64,000 bases of DNA. Origin: Chrysomallon squamiferum (Eukaryota; Animalia; Mollusca). The position numbers were made by a program, and so were the translations under genes. Positions within the stretch are counted from its first letter, which is position 1, and each line of letters starts with the position of its first letter. This document shows, piece after piece, positions 14,001 through 39,358 of the stretch. The notes beneath the pieces are model-generated. The model did not search any database, was not told the DNA's origin, and was given only the letters and a program-made list of their open reading frames with translations. Location: assembly GCA_012295275.1 (NCBI GenBank), contig CM022671.1, positions 24,304,001 to 24,368,000 on the forward strand, given 5' to 3'.

Positions 14001-17000
14001 ATCACATTTCAAAGATTCTAACCTCTTTTTTTTTTAAAGTTAAATATTTCCAAGAAAGATGACATATGAATTTCAACACTGACCTGATGGAGCCTGGCTT
14101 GTACTGTGAAAACCTAGAACAGTCTTCGTCTGAATCAACATGGTAACGAGATGCACTATAATGGAAATGTAAGCAGAATATTTAAAATACAATCAAATCA
14201 AACTCATGACACAAGGTTACATCCTGGATTCAAAATGGGAAACTGTTAATAAAATTAAAATTTCATTAAGTATTGTACTAACATATATTGTTATAAAACA
14301 AATTAATCATAAGTTAATAAAAGATGAGCTTTAAACATAATTTACATACCCAGACTTCATCTGAAACTTTTGACTCTTGGCCATGTTAAATTCATTCTTT
14401 TTCTGAATTATTCTTCTCTGATCTCTTGGTTCCTGGCAATCAGTCAACATGTGATCTCCACCACAGTTCCAACATTCCTGTTTTGGTCTACAAATATATG
14501 TATAAATAACATAAGTTTTTTTCTGTAATTTAACTAAAATTAAATATGATTTAAGAGCATTTTTAAAATTCTTAATCTATAGCAAAATAAAAAGCCCAAG
14601 TAATATTAAACAGAACAGATATCTAAAAATTAAAGTTTATTTTCTTGCTATTAGCTACAGTAAATATTAACAAAATTTAGTATGATACAGCATGATAACT
14701 TACTTTTGTTGTTTCTTTTGCAACTGTTTCTCCAGCTCCTCTTCATCTACAGGGAGTGGGTCTTTAAGTTCCTGGTAATATCTAACAAATTCAGGAAATA
14801 CACTTACAAACAGAAGACTTTGAAACACAAACATTTGCAATATTTAACAGAAATGTATACTAGTATTTCAGACAAATATTCACTTCAGTAAAATTTTGGT
14901 TTAATAAATAAAAATATAATGGGAGCAGAAAGAGATTTGTTTTTCTAAGCTAAAGAAAACATTGTTACTAGTATTCATTTATTTAATATGTTTGTATCAA
15001 GATGGATATATGACTACAATCGTTTGTTAAAATTTAAAACAGAAACCAACAGAAATACATAGACAAAAACCCACTAAATAAACTTTTTTACTTGTCATTT
15101 AAAATGCAAATTATTTTTTTTTTACATAATAAAAACTAAATATATTTTTGTAGAAGATTATTCGACTTGTAGTTCAGTTCTTCTCTTTTGATGATCTGTG
15201 AAGTATTCTGTGATGCACACAAGTTCTTATTAAAAAACACAGTGTAAGCAACACATTACAAAGCAGACTAACACCAATAAGGATACGCAGGTAATTCCCA
15301 GCTTGGGGTAAGAGATGGGTTAAAATCCACCAAAGGCCATCCAACTGAGTCGATCATAAAATTTACGTGAAACTGAGCTTGTCCAATGATCTGAAAATTA
15401 TAGTATCAAAAATATAACATATACAAGTCTGTGTCATTCACAAAAATAAAAAAAATAAAAAAATCTTATTTTTGTTCCTAAAAAATAATATATACAATAC
15501 ATTATTTTTCACCTTAAAAAAACCCAATGGATTTCATAATTCATTACATGAATTAAAATAAAAACAATAATAATTTTCAGTTCAAAATTGTTTTAGAAAG
15601 ATCTAAAGGTTATGAGTAAAAGAAACAATTTATTTTCATCTGCACAAAATAAAATAGCTACACACATATACACACACACACACACATGCACATATTACAA
15701 CATTAATTTCTTAAACTGTAACTACATTAAGAACTTTACATACTGCATGTGAATTCCACATTTTATCAGTCCTCTTGTTAACAGGTAACTCTGAATTGAT
15801 ATCAACACATGTTGGTGTGCTTGGCTGAAAGTATATAAAAATGGTGATACTGAAAATAATTTACCTTATCTATTTACAAAGTACATGACACACATTTTAA
15901 TAATTAGTTCAGTTATAAAATAAATGCTCAAATGATTATGGTAATACTCTATATGCATTTGTTAATACAGTCTACAAACTGGGTTATGCTCTTAGTAACA
16001 GTAACTGGTCTATGCCTTGTAATTTACATTCCTTTAATGTGAAAATTTACTTTTATAGCATCAATTAATTTTCATTTCCAACCAAAAAAGAATGACATTA
16101 ACAAAACATTTACTTTCAGAAACAGTTCCGGAAGTTTTTCTGATGCATGATGTTTTTCAAATTCTTCTTTCTCTAAAAGATGTTGAATGAAATGTTCTAT
16201 CTGACATCTGTATTTTCTAAAAATGAAATGAAAAAGGGATTTAAAAATGTCCTGATTATTCTGTTTTGTGTTGTTTTTATAAAAATACTTTTTATTATTA
16301 TTATTTTTTTTATCATTTATTGTATTGATCCTAATATTAATAAACATTTTAATTTTTGCTTTAAATGAACTACTAAAGCTATTACAATTTATATTAATTA
16401 GTAAAATATAAATATTTTATTTTATTAAACTTTTATATTTTACCTTGCAAATGTGTTATTATGAAATATAACCTGAACTCCTGGACTTTCTTCATCAGGT
16501 ACATGTCTGAAAATTATGTTATATTATATTTTATATATAAATATATTGAAGATAACACTTTTACCAATATTTATGACCAATACAATTACCAGTTAATCAT
16601 AATTAGTGAATGTCAGTTATCAAAGAAATATCATTAATGCTACAAAACCCAGATTCTTTACTTAATTATTAACAGAAGAGTTCTTGAGGAACCTTTTACA
16701 ATGTTTACACATATAATATACAATTTGTTTGTTTTTCTAATATTATCCATATATTAATTCTATAAACTTATACATTTATTTTTAGAATAAATCATTGTAT
16801 TACCTTGTAGAATCAATAATCTTAGCAAACCTCAAAAATGTGTTGCCTATTTTTGTTAAGGAAAACTCAATATACTTATATATTCTGAAGTCTTTAAAAA
16901 TAAGTCATAAAAGTCATGTTTCAAAAGTGAAACTTCGAAATTTGTGTTATAAATAATGATTTTAATGTGTATTAAATTGAACAGATTCAACAAATTGATG

Positions 17001-17008
17001 TTTATGCG

Positions 17009-17041
<33 letters not shown>

Positions 17042-17071
17042 ATATATATATATATGTAGACACATACATAC

Positions 17072-17105
<34 letters not shown>

Positions 17106-17553
17106 AAATGTGTAATTTTTCAATATTCAAATTTTGAAATTACAAATTCATTCTTCTCCACTTGACCGTTGTCACGTTTATGTTATTTTCCATTTCAGAA
17201 AATTAAAAAAAAAGAAAATTAAAAAGGATACGTTCAAACTGCAATTTGAAATTTGTTGTATTCTGATCTGTGTTCTTTGCTGCTGATTCTGTTTTCTGTT
17301 GAAGTTTATTAAAAACAGTTGAAACGGGAACATTTTTTTGAACTTCACAGATACTTTCACTTTCACAGTTAGGATAATTAATGTCATCATTATCGTCATC
17401 AGAGGAAGAACTGGACTCAGATACTTCCCTATTTAGTATTAGCTTTCCTTCTTTTATAGAAGGGTCAGCTTGCCTGATAAATGTATTATGAGATTCCCGT
17501 GATTTGTCAAATTCTTCGAATAAACTCGAATCACCAAATATATCAGCCGCCAT
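11032..17553 (-). CDS. ZCCHC8: Zinc finger CCHC domain-containing protein 8 (NEXT complex scaffold), multi-exon
   Basis: N-terminus MAADIFGDSSLFEEFD. Zinc knuckle CWNCGGDHMLTDC (~14440-14480). PSP domain LREALGLASNELPPYIYRMRMLGYPPGWLAEA (~13410-13510). Pro-rich last exon 11032-11759 ending in PDREKFSVGVEQHVLYENVSDSTGTFEKI. Confidence 0.93.
14782..15286 (-). other. U12-type (minor spliceosome) GT-AG intron in ZCCHC8
   Basis: 5' splice site GTATCCTTA. Branch-like TTTCCTGAAT lies just upstream of the TAG acceptor. Splicing keeps the frame (WELPA-YYQEL). Confidence 0.8.
16847..17231 (-). other. U12-type GT-AG intron 1 of ZCCHC8
   Basis: 5' splice site GTATCCTTT. Canonical branch point TTTTCCTTAAC, followed by AAAAATAG with no polypyrimidine tract. 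Frame is preserved (LQFE-RNTFL). Confidence 0.92.
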
Positions 17554-18042
17554 ATTTATTCCTTTCTTTCTTATTTAAAACTCGCCTCTTAGGAAGAGCA
17601 TCTACATTATTGGAAGTCTGTCTAGATCTCTTTACCAGCAATAATACTTAACTGTCTAGTTTAAAAAATTATAAAATATAAAAGCACATTAAGTAATAGA
17701 TACAATTATCGTTAATGAGTAAACTGAAGTCAAAATGACATACTGATGACATTTATATAGGAATTTTATATGATACTCCTTTTGCAGTTTAATTTGAATA
17801 ATCACAGAATTAATATCGTAATATTATTATTAGCTATTTGTATTAAAAAACCGAAATGAAAGATAAATCTCAATCTGAGTAAAGGAATTTTAACCTTTAT
17901 GCTTAATGAATATAAGCATATTAATGTGTTCTGTCTGATTGTTACAGAATAAGACTTTTTGTTTTAGTAAACGGAAGATTGATAAACTTTATAAAGTGCT
18001 CCTTACGCTGGTATCGAAATCACGCCAAATAACAAACGAATT
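17554..18042. promoter_or_regulatory. Putative bidirectional promoter between ZCCHC8 and the uncharacterised gene
   Basis: Divergent start codons are only ~490 bp apart. ETS-like CGGAAG at ~17972. Confidence 0.55.
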
Positions 18043-18357
18043 ATGGTAGCAAAAGCAAGTACTTCTTTGCAGCTACTAAAATTTGTATTAGATGGCCATG
18101 ATATCCGATATTTATCACTTTCAGACAAAAGATATGTTCAGTCAACCGAATTTTCAAAACTGGTACAGTTTAATGCTTGAAATCCACTTTTCATACTTAC
18201 GATAAAGTATTGGAAATAGTTGATACAAGAACTCGATCTCAAGTTGAAAATCATTTAAACCATGTACATAATTATATTATGAAAAGTAAATAAATATTTA
18301 TTGGGGAAAAAATTCAAGGTTTTATTTCTTTTAATTAATGACATATCTTCAGATTTC

Positions 18358-18413
<56 letters not shown>

Positions 18414-20705
18414 CGCCATTTTAAACATAAATTAAAAATGTGTAGTATTTTATATTAAATGGATATGTATTGTAATATTAAATTATTAAGTTCTGTAAAT
18501 ATTTCAGTCCCAGTTGGAAGATGTACCATTATTTCTAGCTACAGATATACTTACTGGTATTGAACAAGATAAGAAAAATTTCTACAGAATTCACAGTCGA
18601 TTTGCTAAAGATGGACTTGCCACAAAACTCACTTTTAAAGGTTCGTTATTGCAAAAACACAAACTCACACAAAATATTACCCTTTTGTTTTATTATACTT
18701 ATTTATTTATATTTATTATTTTATTTATTATATTTTTATTTTAAGGGAATAATAATTCAGTAATTCAATCCAGTGACTTGTAAATTGATTAAAAATAATA
18801 ATGTATAAAATGAGTAACGTCATAGTAATTCCTCGCCAAAAGTGACAACAAAAGATGTGATTTACATAATAAACAATAAATACCATAATTATTTAACTGT
18901 TTATTGAAAAATAGCTTGTTTCAGAGAAATAAATTTATTAAATTGTTTTATATATATATAAAACAAAAGATTAAAATTTTATATTTTTCTAATTTTGTAG
19001 TTTTTTATTTTATTTATTTATTTTTATTTTTGTTTGTTTTTTATTTATTTATTATTTTTTTTATTATAATTATAATTTTTTTTTTTTTTATTGTCTATAA
19101 CTGTATTAAGACATGCTAATAACAAAATACCACTACTAGTCTATACTACTAATTATAATTCTTCCCATGGAAATTATTTATTATTTTACAACCAACAATA
19201 ATAACTGAGAATATTTGTCCTTAGATACGGTGTTAGCTGGGATTAATAACAGTACTGGAATTTGGTTCTACTCTATACAAGGATTGTTTCAAGCAGTATT
19301 TGAATATCATGACAGAAAAACACAGCGACAGTGTATTGTGGATTTACTTGTAAGTACTCAAAATAAATAATCAGGAAGATATGCTGTTATAGCCATAAGC
19401 ATGGTTAACAATTTTCATTCAGTTGATGTTTCATACTTCAAAGCAGTAATAAAGATGATGACATGAATGGGAGGCAGTGCCGTTATTATGTTAAATATTA
19501 AAACAAGCAGTAACACAACATTGTCAGAAAATGAATAATTTTTAAAATTGCATAATTATTTATGGTTTCACAATTAGACAAATTTTCTAAAAAGATAAAG
19601 TAAGTAAATGCATTTTTAAAAAATTGTTTTGTTAAGTTCACATGAACTAGATATATATTAGTTTTAAAGTGAAAACAAGGCCTAAAATTTAGATTTAACA
19701 GTTGTGTTTATTATACAGGACTTGTGGCTGACTCGATATACTGATGAAAAATTGGTGGAATCGTATGTTGTAGAAGTGAAAAAGGACACCACTGAAAACT
19801 TTGTTGCAGTTTCACAAATCTTGCCTGAAACACAAAATACTGAAACTGGTCTGCACAATTCAGCTACTGTGAGTAACAATGATCTCCAATTAACCTGCAC
19901 TGACAGGTGTAAATCTTGTGGTAACATAGATTTACAGATATCAAATGAAGTCAGTTTGCCAAACACTGTGATGGTGGAAACAGATAGGACATTTTCTATA
20001 TCGAACACCATTATTCATGAAGATGAACAATCTTTGAACAGGGAGAAGTTAAAAAGAATTCGTGTGACAGACTGCAGTTCAGTGCAAGATTTACTAAATC
20101 TGGTGTTGAACATTTTGAAAATGAATGACCAGTTATCTCCAGATAAAATGCTCAAATCTTCAAAAGTAGAAACATTGTGCTCTGTTTTAGAAATATTGAA
20201 AGAGGAACTTGATGTGCCAGAACAGGAAGGATTTCCATTTGAATTAATTTGCCAATATTCTGCCGATGTTAAAAGGCATTCACTTTCATCAAATGAGAAA
20301 AATGAATTTGGAATTCTGATGAAAAGAGATTTGGCACTTTGTGTTATTTCTGATTGGTTAGGACAACAGTTTAATAAACTTGAAGCTGAAATTGCATTGA
20401 GAGTTGAGAAATTTAAAACTGAACACATTGAGTGCATTGACAATTTGCCTCCTGCAGAAGATATGATTGACATTCTCTTTCCTTCCAGTATGAAAGGTCT
20501 TCTTTGTTCATGGGTTGGCATCAGTCAATTAGATGAGCTTGTTCTTGATCATGATTATAGCAGTCAGTCAAAACGATGCAAACGCAGTTATAAAACCAGC
20601 AGAAATTTGTTTCCATTGATTCAGATGATTTTAGAGTTTACAAACAATGCACTTATTTCTGGTGTAGCTCATGTGGTTTTTACTAGACTTATGCAAACTG
20701 TGTAG
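18043..20705 (+). CDS. Uncharacterised protein, ~454 aa; exons 18043-18162, 18508-18640, 19225-19349, 19719-20705
   Basis: Four GT-AG exons join in frame (120+133+125+987 nt). Globular-looking N-terminal (GIWFYSIQGLF) and C-terminal (LALCVISDWLGQQF, FPLIQMILEFTNNALISGVAHV) regions flank a low-complexity linker. Confidence 0.8.
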
Positions 20706-21621
20706 TTATTGTATTAAATGTTTTGAATGTCCTTTCCATCAGAGAGATAAGAAAATTGTTTACATTTTATTTATAGTGTAGACCATTTTTCAAATAAAAT
20801 ATTTAACTTGGATGTTGAACTGATAATAAAGTTTTCTAGAATCTGAAACAGAAATTGTTTTAGCAGAACAAATAACTGGCACAAAACTATTCATATTATA
20901 CATCTAATTGTAATAAGAATTTTGTTTGCAAGACCTTTAGATGATTAGAGTTCTGATATGGTTCTTTTGCATCCAGTGTGTTTTGTTAGTTATACTTAAT
21001 AAGCTTTAGTACCTTTAGTGAAAGTGCTTCACAAAGTCATCTGAAAATAATTTACCCCAACATAAAAGTGTAAGTTAAATGTATTCTCGTTTTATTTTTT
21101 GCACAGCCTGCTATACTCTTTGAATATGAATCCTGATCCTTAATAAAATATCAATTTTCCATGCATCCAAAAGCTTAAGTTTTTTCCCATATCATTTGAG
21201 AATTGCCCCTGGCCAGAAAACAAACAAAAAAAATGTAAAGTTGAAATGGTTTATTTGGAAAACCTATACATAAAAGTCAAACAATCATTCAGAAAAGTAA
21301 AAATAAACAAGTTCTGAATTTTCTCTTCATGCAACCATTTTCCCAGATATTAAATGAAGCATTTTCTACATACTACATGATAATAAACAGCCAATATGAG
21401 AAACTTAGATTTATCACTTACAGTGAGCATTTTACTTGTACATTTTTTTTTTTTTTATTTAACTTTTTGCAGTTGTATTAATATGTAATTCCTCATACTA
21501 ACATTAATTAACAATGACTGTTTTATTCAGTCTTTTTAACAAAGATTACAGTGTGCTTGGATATAAACAGCTGGATAGAGGTAATATAATCTAATGTTTA
21601 TTTTACTAAGGTAATATTCTG

Positions 21622-32791
<11,170 letters not shown>

Positions 32792-33041
32792 TTCATCATT
32801 TTCTAGTGGAATACTCCGAATAGCCTTTTTAGGGATTGTCAAGTGTTTTATGATTGCATTAAAAGTGTTAATTTTTAAAAACGAACTAAAAAAAAAAATT
32901 ATATTTAAGAATATTTCAGATTTCATTCGAAACGTTGTTTCATAATGTCATAAAATACAAGAACAAATATTACCTTTAAAATATTAGGTGCTGCCACCCC
33001 TAATCATCAAATATGTACAGTGCCTGACGTCATTTCCCAAA
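32792..33041. promoter_or_regulatory. Bidirectional promoter SFSWAP / TMEM199
   Basis: Divergent ATGs are 250 bp apart. Perfect CRE TGACGTCA at 33025-33032. A YY1-like AAATGGCGGC overlaps the SFSWAP start codon. Confidence 0.65.
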
Positions 33042-36000
33042 ATGGAAGGCATAGAAAATAAAGAACCTGAAATCGTGTTGACCGAAAAAATTAAAGACCT
33101 CGTTAAAGATGTCCTTGCCTTCAGGGATATTAATAAGTTCGTCAAAGCAGAACTGGAACCATATATATTTGATGAAAATGAGAAGAAAACGATACCTTTT
33201 CGGCTTGTGAAAGTTATTCACCAAAAAGTTAACGAAACAGGTGTTTTCCCCTTCTTTTTTCTAAATGTAATTTAAATTTGTATTATTAGTATACGGGAGA
33301 TAACAGTCTTAAATTAATGTTAAATTATATTAATTTGAATGTGGACCATTATTTAATTTCTTTTGAGAAAATCTGGCATTATATACGTCTTTCATTACCT
33401 TTAATCGTATCATAATCATCACTCGGTGATAATCATATCACATTGATTGATTGAAACATTGAAACAACTAAAAAAATTACGCATATATATATATATAATA
33501 ATATATACTATAGTAGACATTACATAATAAAAATAACAGTACTGATATTATTCTGTAAGATTGTAACTGAATAACAAATCAAACAACAAATTATTCTTGA
33601 TTTTTAAATTATACATTACATAATAATAAAAAAAAACACAATAAAATTCTGCACAGACATGATTATGTTCCCTTAAATTGAAATATATTTACTAATATTT
33701 TTAGCAAACAAGAAGATATACCTGCACGATATAGTGGAAGACAGTGATCTTTATTTTCCAAGTGTCAAATTCCCACCTAGGGTACGTAATCAGTAAATAC
33801 TATTTTGTACACCATTATAATTACTTCACAAATTATCATTTCAAAATATATCACCATTACGTACAGCTTAATCTAATTAACATTTAAACTTGATAAGATA
33901 ATTTATGTAGCTATTAATTTTAATTCCCAATGTTTTTCATGAAAGTCATTTAATATTTGCAGAATCCTGAACTTGAAGCAAGAACAGAAAAACTAAAAGC
34001 CCAACAAGCCAACAGAGAATATAAGGAAATGACCAAAAATGTTGACAGAACCGTAATTACATAATTTCAGTACATTTTATTTATTCCAGTTATAACAATA
34101 ATTGGTGTGTGTGTGTGAATATAAACATTCCAAAATACATGTTTGATGCTTAATAATGACATAAAAATGTATTACGCTAACACCTGTTCATTCATATATT
34201 TGTTATTGTAATTGAATGATTTAATAATGAAAATGTTATTACTCAGTATTCTAATGCAATTTTTTTCTGTGTGAATAAATAACAGACATTGCTAATAATC
34301 ATGCTGAGAATTTTTAACAAATATATTTAAGTTATTATTTGGATGTTTATGTTTGTACAATTATAAAAACATATTCTTACTGTTCATCATATAAAATATA
34401 ATATTTATGACTGAACAAAAATAATTCCAATTTTCTTTTTAAAATGAAATCAGAAATAAATGACCCACCGATTCTCTCAATAGAATATAAATTTTTGATA
34501 ATGGTATTCATTTTTATAGTTTTTAAAAACATTTTACTTAAATTAAAATTAATTGCTTCTGTAATTAAATCAATAGTATGTAATATCAGCAAACATATAG
34601 AGTGATACCTCAACTAATGAGTACTCCAAGTTTTCCAAGTTATGCCGCTGCTGGTTGGTGCAAGCAACAAACAACACAACATCTGCCCAACATCCTCAGT
34701 CTCACTTATTTGCTTCATATGGTTACCTCACCATGGAAGCATCTTTGTTCTGTTGTGCTCGCATTTTGTGCAGTATTTTGCCAAATTTCCATGGATCCTA
34801 AGAAAGTGAGTGCAAAGGACAGTGCTGAGAAGAAGTAGCAAATGATGTCCATTGAATTAAAACATGAATACATAGAAAAACATAAGTGAGGTGTGCATGT
34901 AATCGACTTGGCTAGGCAGTATGAGTGTTGTTTTTCTATGATATTTATCATACTGAAGCAGAAGGAGTCAATAAAGTCTCTAACTCCAGCCAAAGGCGTT
35001 AAAATAATTTCTAAACTATGGACCTGTCTCCATGAAAAGATGGAGAAACCCTAACCAGTAACTCTGTACACTTTACAAAACCAATTTATTTCTTTACATT
35101 CTCTTTATTTTGTTTTTTTTATACAATATTTGTCATTTATATATACATTCTTCTTATTTAAAAACACATTACTAAAAATTGGGGTGGTTTTGGGGGGCTG
35201 GAACAGATTAATGGTATTTCAGTTAATTTCATTTGGGTAAATTGATTTGATAAACGAGCAAACAGTTATGACCTCAGTCACAGAATGAATTAAACTCATA
35301 AGTTATTTAAAGAAATGTATCCCAGAAAGTTCATTATGAGAAGCTGAATTCATGATATAAAATATAAACTTTTTGTGAGATTGTTATGTTTAATTTTTTC
35401 TCTTTTCTACTCTTAAAAAAGTATCAAATTAAGTTTATTAACATAGAACAATCTATTTATCATGTTTTAATTATATTTTTTAATGTTATCATCCTTGTTT
35501 TATTTCAGGCTCACGATGAACCACTTAATTTTCAGAAAGATTGTAGGTCAATTCAAATTTTAATTTTTCGAATTTATCTCGATTATTCTATATTACTGTA
35601 GGCTTGTTTATCAATATATTTGTGAAAATATTGAAACTTTAGTAGTGCACTGCAAAGAAATCAGTATAATGTTTTCAAAGTATTTTTTAGATGACAAAAA
35701 CCTGTACTATATTTTATGTTCTCTCGATAAAACTCCAGTGTTTATAAACTCTTAAAAAAAAAAAAATGATCATATCACATCTTATTTCCTTTCATTGTCT
35801 TTAGAATTTAAAAATCCAATATTAAGAGATTTATTGAAAATGTCTCGGTTATAAATGTTGTCAAATGTTGAATTTAAATGTAAAAATTTATGATACTCTA
35901 ATTGACAAATATGAAATTTGAAATATTTAACAAAGAAAAAACATCATGTACATGTACAATGTGATAATATAATTTAGAGTTTGATTTATTTTTCAGTACA

Positions 36001-36501
36001 AGAGGTGAATCGTCAACTAGTAGCAGTATTTAATTTTCTAGTTACTGTTGGAGGAGCTTTTGTGTTTGGTTACAAGGCTACAGAATATGCATCTGGGTCA
36101 AGCACGCTAGCATTGGTAAGATGTCTTCCATTATGTAATAGATCAGTTTATTAGTAACAGATGTAAAGTATAACATAAAAAGATTTAAAAAAAATAAATT
36201 ACAATTTAAGAATTGTATTTTTTCAATGGCTTCATCATGTTACTGGATAAAATACTTTTGCCATTAATAATTATTAATTCTGAAGAATACAGTAAAACTG
36301 AAGATATATAATGTATTACATATTTCCTTTGTAAAATAAATGTATAAATTAACTCATTGAAAGTATTGCAGGTTTTCTGTTTTCTTTCATTTAGTGATAT
36401 CTTTTTTTTTTTTTTTTCAGCAAATGGTCGTTGGTCTTATATTTGGAACAGTTGTATTTTTTGCTGATTTGTGGTTTCTAATTCGATACAGCACAAAATA
36501 A
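33042..36501 (+). CDS. TMEM199: V-ATPase assembly factor TMEM199/VMA12; exons approx. 33042-33240, 33705-33781, 33963-34052, 35509-35542, 35997-36115, 36421-36501
   Basis: Spliced motifs IPFRLV, YLHDIVEDSDLYFP, PPRNPELEARTEKLKAQQANREYKEMTKNV, and two C-terminal TM helices (VFNFLVTVGGAFVFGY; GLIFGTVVFFADLWFLIR) match the Vma12 family. Confidence 0.92.
34600..35303 (+). mobile_element. Internally deleted Tigger/pogo (Tc1/mariner) DNA transposon in TMEM199 intron 3
   Basis: Decayed CENP-B/HTH_psq transposase start at 34791-35050 (MDPKKVSAKDSAEKK...MMSIELKHEYIEKHK*GVHVIDLARQYE...ILKQKESIKSLTPAKGVKIISKL) with stop codons. Tigger-like left end AGTGATACCTCAACTAATGAG. Confidence 0.75.
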
Positions 36502-37920
36502 AATTAACTTCTGAAATATATACATTTGTGTCGTGATTGTGAATATTCGTGTGTAAGGTGATGGTTATTAAATTTAAAATCAGTTCAGTATGTTGGTGTA
36601 AATTCGAGGTAAAATGCAATTTTTTTTTTTTTTTTTTTCTTTTGTTTCCTTAATAATATTTTCAGACTTAAATTACACATAATTTTCAGTTTAATTGGTG
36701 TGTGTACATATGTTGATGGGTTTGATTTTATATCATTTCATTGAAATTATTATACCTTGAAAAATATTTTGATTCATACACTTGAAGAATATCCTTCATT
36801 TTGAAATAATACAAGTAGTACATTCATTTCTAATGCATTTATATTAAAGAAAGTGAACCATGAAACATATGGATAAAGTTATTTAAGCAGAGTAAAATTT
36901 TGTACAGTCATCATTTATAAATGTCAGAGTGTATGTATGTATTGAATATCATGTATATGTGGAAAATCACTGTTTAAAATAAACACTTGTTTTTTTATTC
37001 ATTCTTTTTATTTCACTATTTATCTTGTATATATGTAGTATAATTATACATAGTCTATAATGTGCATGTGGATAAAATACGGTTTTGTACTGTTGTAAAA
37101 TAAATATATATATAGACACACACACACACAAATACTAATGCCTACTTAATTGACCAAAACAGTTTTCATTTGTATTGGTCAATAACAAGAAATCAGTTTT
37201 ATGCAGTGAACAATTGATTTAACTAAATTTAATTCACCAAACTTCTGATTTAGCAAACTAATTACTTTAGTACTAAAACAAAAATATGGTTTCCCCTAAC
37301 ACTTTGGATGCCATCAGTAATTAACGAAATAAGCTGCCGACTGTGAAGGCAGATGAGTCATATCTGTATTCTGTTCAATGTGACAACATGCATCATTTCG
37401 GGAAGATTTTGTGATGATTTAATGATAGTAATTATTAACGTTTTTTATAATTTCATATCACAAACATCTACATTCAAGGAAAGGACGCTTTATATAATTA
37501 TATATCATGACTTTGAAATGAGGCAAAAACTGATGTCTTTGAAGTCGTTTATGTCTTTCATCGCAACGATGTCGGTAGACTTCAAATGATAACCGTCAAC
37601 GTTAACGAATTCATTCAGTGGATATCATTTCTATCGGAACAGAGATTATCTTTGTATAAAAAATAAAATAAAAATCGTCTTGTTATGAGGCATTTATCGC
37701 CGTGTGTGTGTGTGTGTGTGTGTGTGTTTTATCGGTGGCAACATATGAAACACAAATGTTTATCGTAGTGTGTAATATAATATGAAAACTTGTAATGTAT
37801 ACGGTGCTTTTGAACTTCACGTTCGGTTTGTACTGACCGAAATATTATTATGACATGCACTTACACAAGCGGAAATCGTAGTAAATCTATCTAACCATTC
37901 CAGATAAATTTTTATTTATT

Positions 37921-37968
<48 letters not shown>

Positions 37969-38622
37969 TTCCGGCGTGAGGTTTTAATTTAATTTATATC
38001 ATCGTCTTTATATTAAATGAAAAACGATAAGTCTAGCAGCATTTTATTATTAAAAGAACGAGTCATCTGTTGTTTTGATGTAGATAGACGTGAATAATGT
38101 CTAAGAAAAGTAACTGATGTACTTTAGCTCTTAGCATGGGGCAAGACGCCTGAAGCTGAGCTTTTTGTCCCTCCACTAAAATTATCTTGTCCCCACTGAT
38201 TTGCATAAAATATAATATATATCTTACATGACCTTCATAACGCTAAACTGTCTAAACTAACAATTATTTTTCTTCTTATTGCTGTTAACATCAACATTAA
38301 TTTTAAATATCAACAACATAGCAAGGTTAAACGAGAGAGAGAGAGAGAGACTATAAATAAGTCTGATTTTTAACGTTTATCTGTGCATCGTTATGAGCTT
38401 ACATTTCGCATATTTTAGTTCTTTATTAACTGAAAAGATTAGTCCTCAATTCCTGACGAATGCAATGGTCACTAAAAATGCACTGCAGTTAGCATAAAGT
38501 AATAATCTGATACGTATATATCTAACAAACTCAGATAGAATCACCGAACATAATACGACATATAACTGCTTGTGCTATATCAGTTCGTTAACGTCAGCAT
38601 TATAAAAACTGAGAACCGTGAC

Positions 38623-38975
38623 ATGCACATTCAAAATATGGCGCTTTTGTCAGCAGCAGCAGCAATGCAGAGAATACAAAACAATGTTTTATTTAAAATA
38701 TTTCATCCTTTTCACTCAAAAGTGAAACATTTTCACGTAGGGAATGCCGTTAACCATTCCGTATTAAACAAAGTTAATTCTTCTGCTCTGAATTTTGATA
38801 ATTTCAAAGATGCTTTCGGTACTAAAAGGACATCAGAATTGGTTCGTGCTTTGTTTATCATTCATTTGTGCTCTAAGTCCTGGGTTACAGACAATTCATT
38901 GACAGTAAGTATGAAATGCAGCTATGTCCCATGTTTTTTTTTTTTGTTGTTGTTGTTGTTGTTATTAATTAATTA

Positions 38976-39011
<36 letters not shown>

Positions 39012-39323
39012 TAAAACCAATTAATTAATTAATTAAAAAGAAAATATGAATAAATAAAACGTTATAAAAAAGGATATTGTCAAAAATTTGATGTCAATAT
39101 TTGCTAAATTGTCTTTAAAATTCAAACAAACAAGATTTTAATAAGATGATAATTTCACTAATTGTGAAAAAAAAAAAAAATAAATAAAAATAATAATAAT
39201 AAATTATCTATAAAGAAATATTTCAATTTAAGTCTGAAAAAATCTAAAAATGTCATTGCGGAATACTAAACACAACTTAAATCGGGTTGCGTTAATAATG
39301 GAATAAACAGAGAACTGGAAGTG

Positions 39324-39358
<35 letters not shown>

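Noticed and set aside
19682-20521. Minus-strand ORFs of 109 and 168 aa
   Set aside because: Antisense to the long exon of the uncharacterised gene, with no independent splice or domain evidence.
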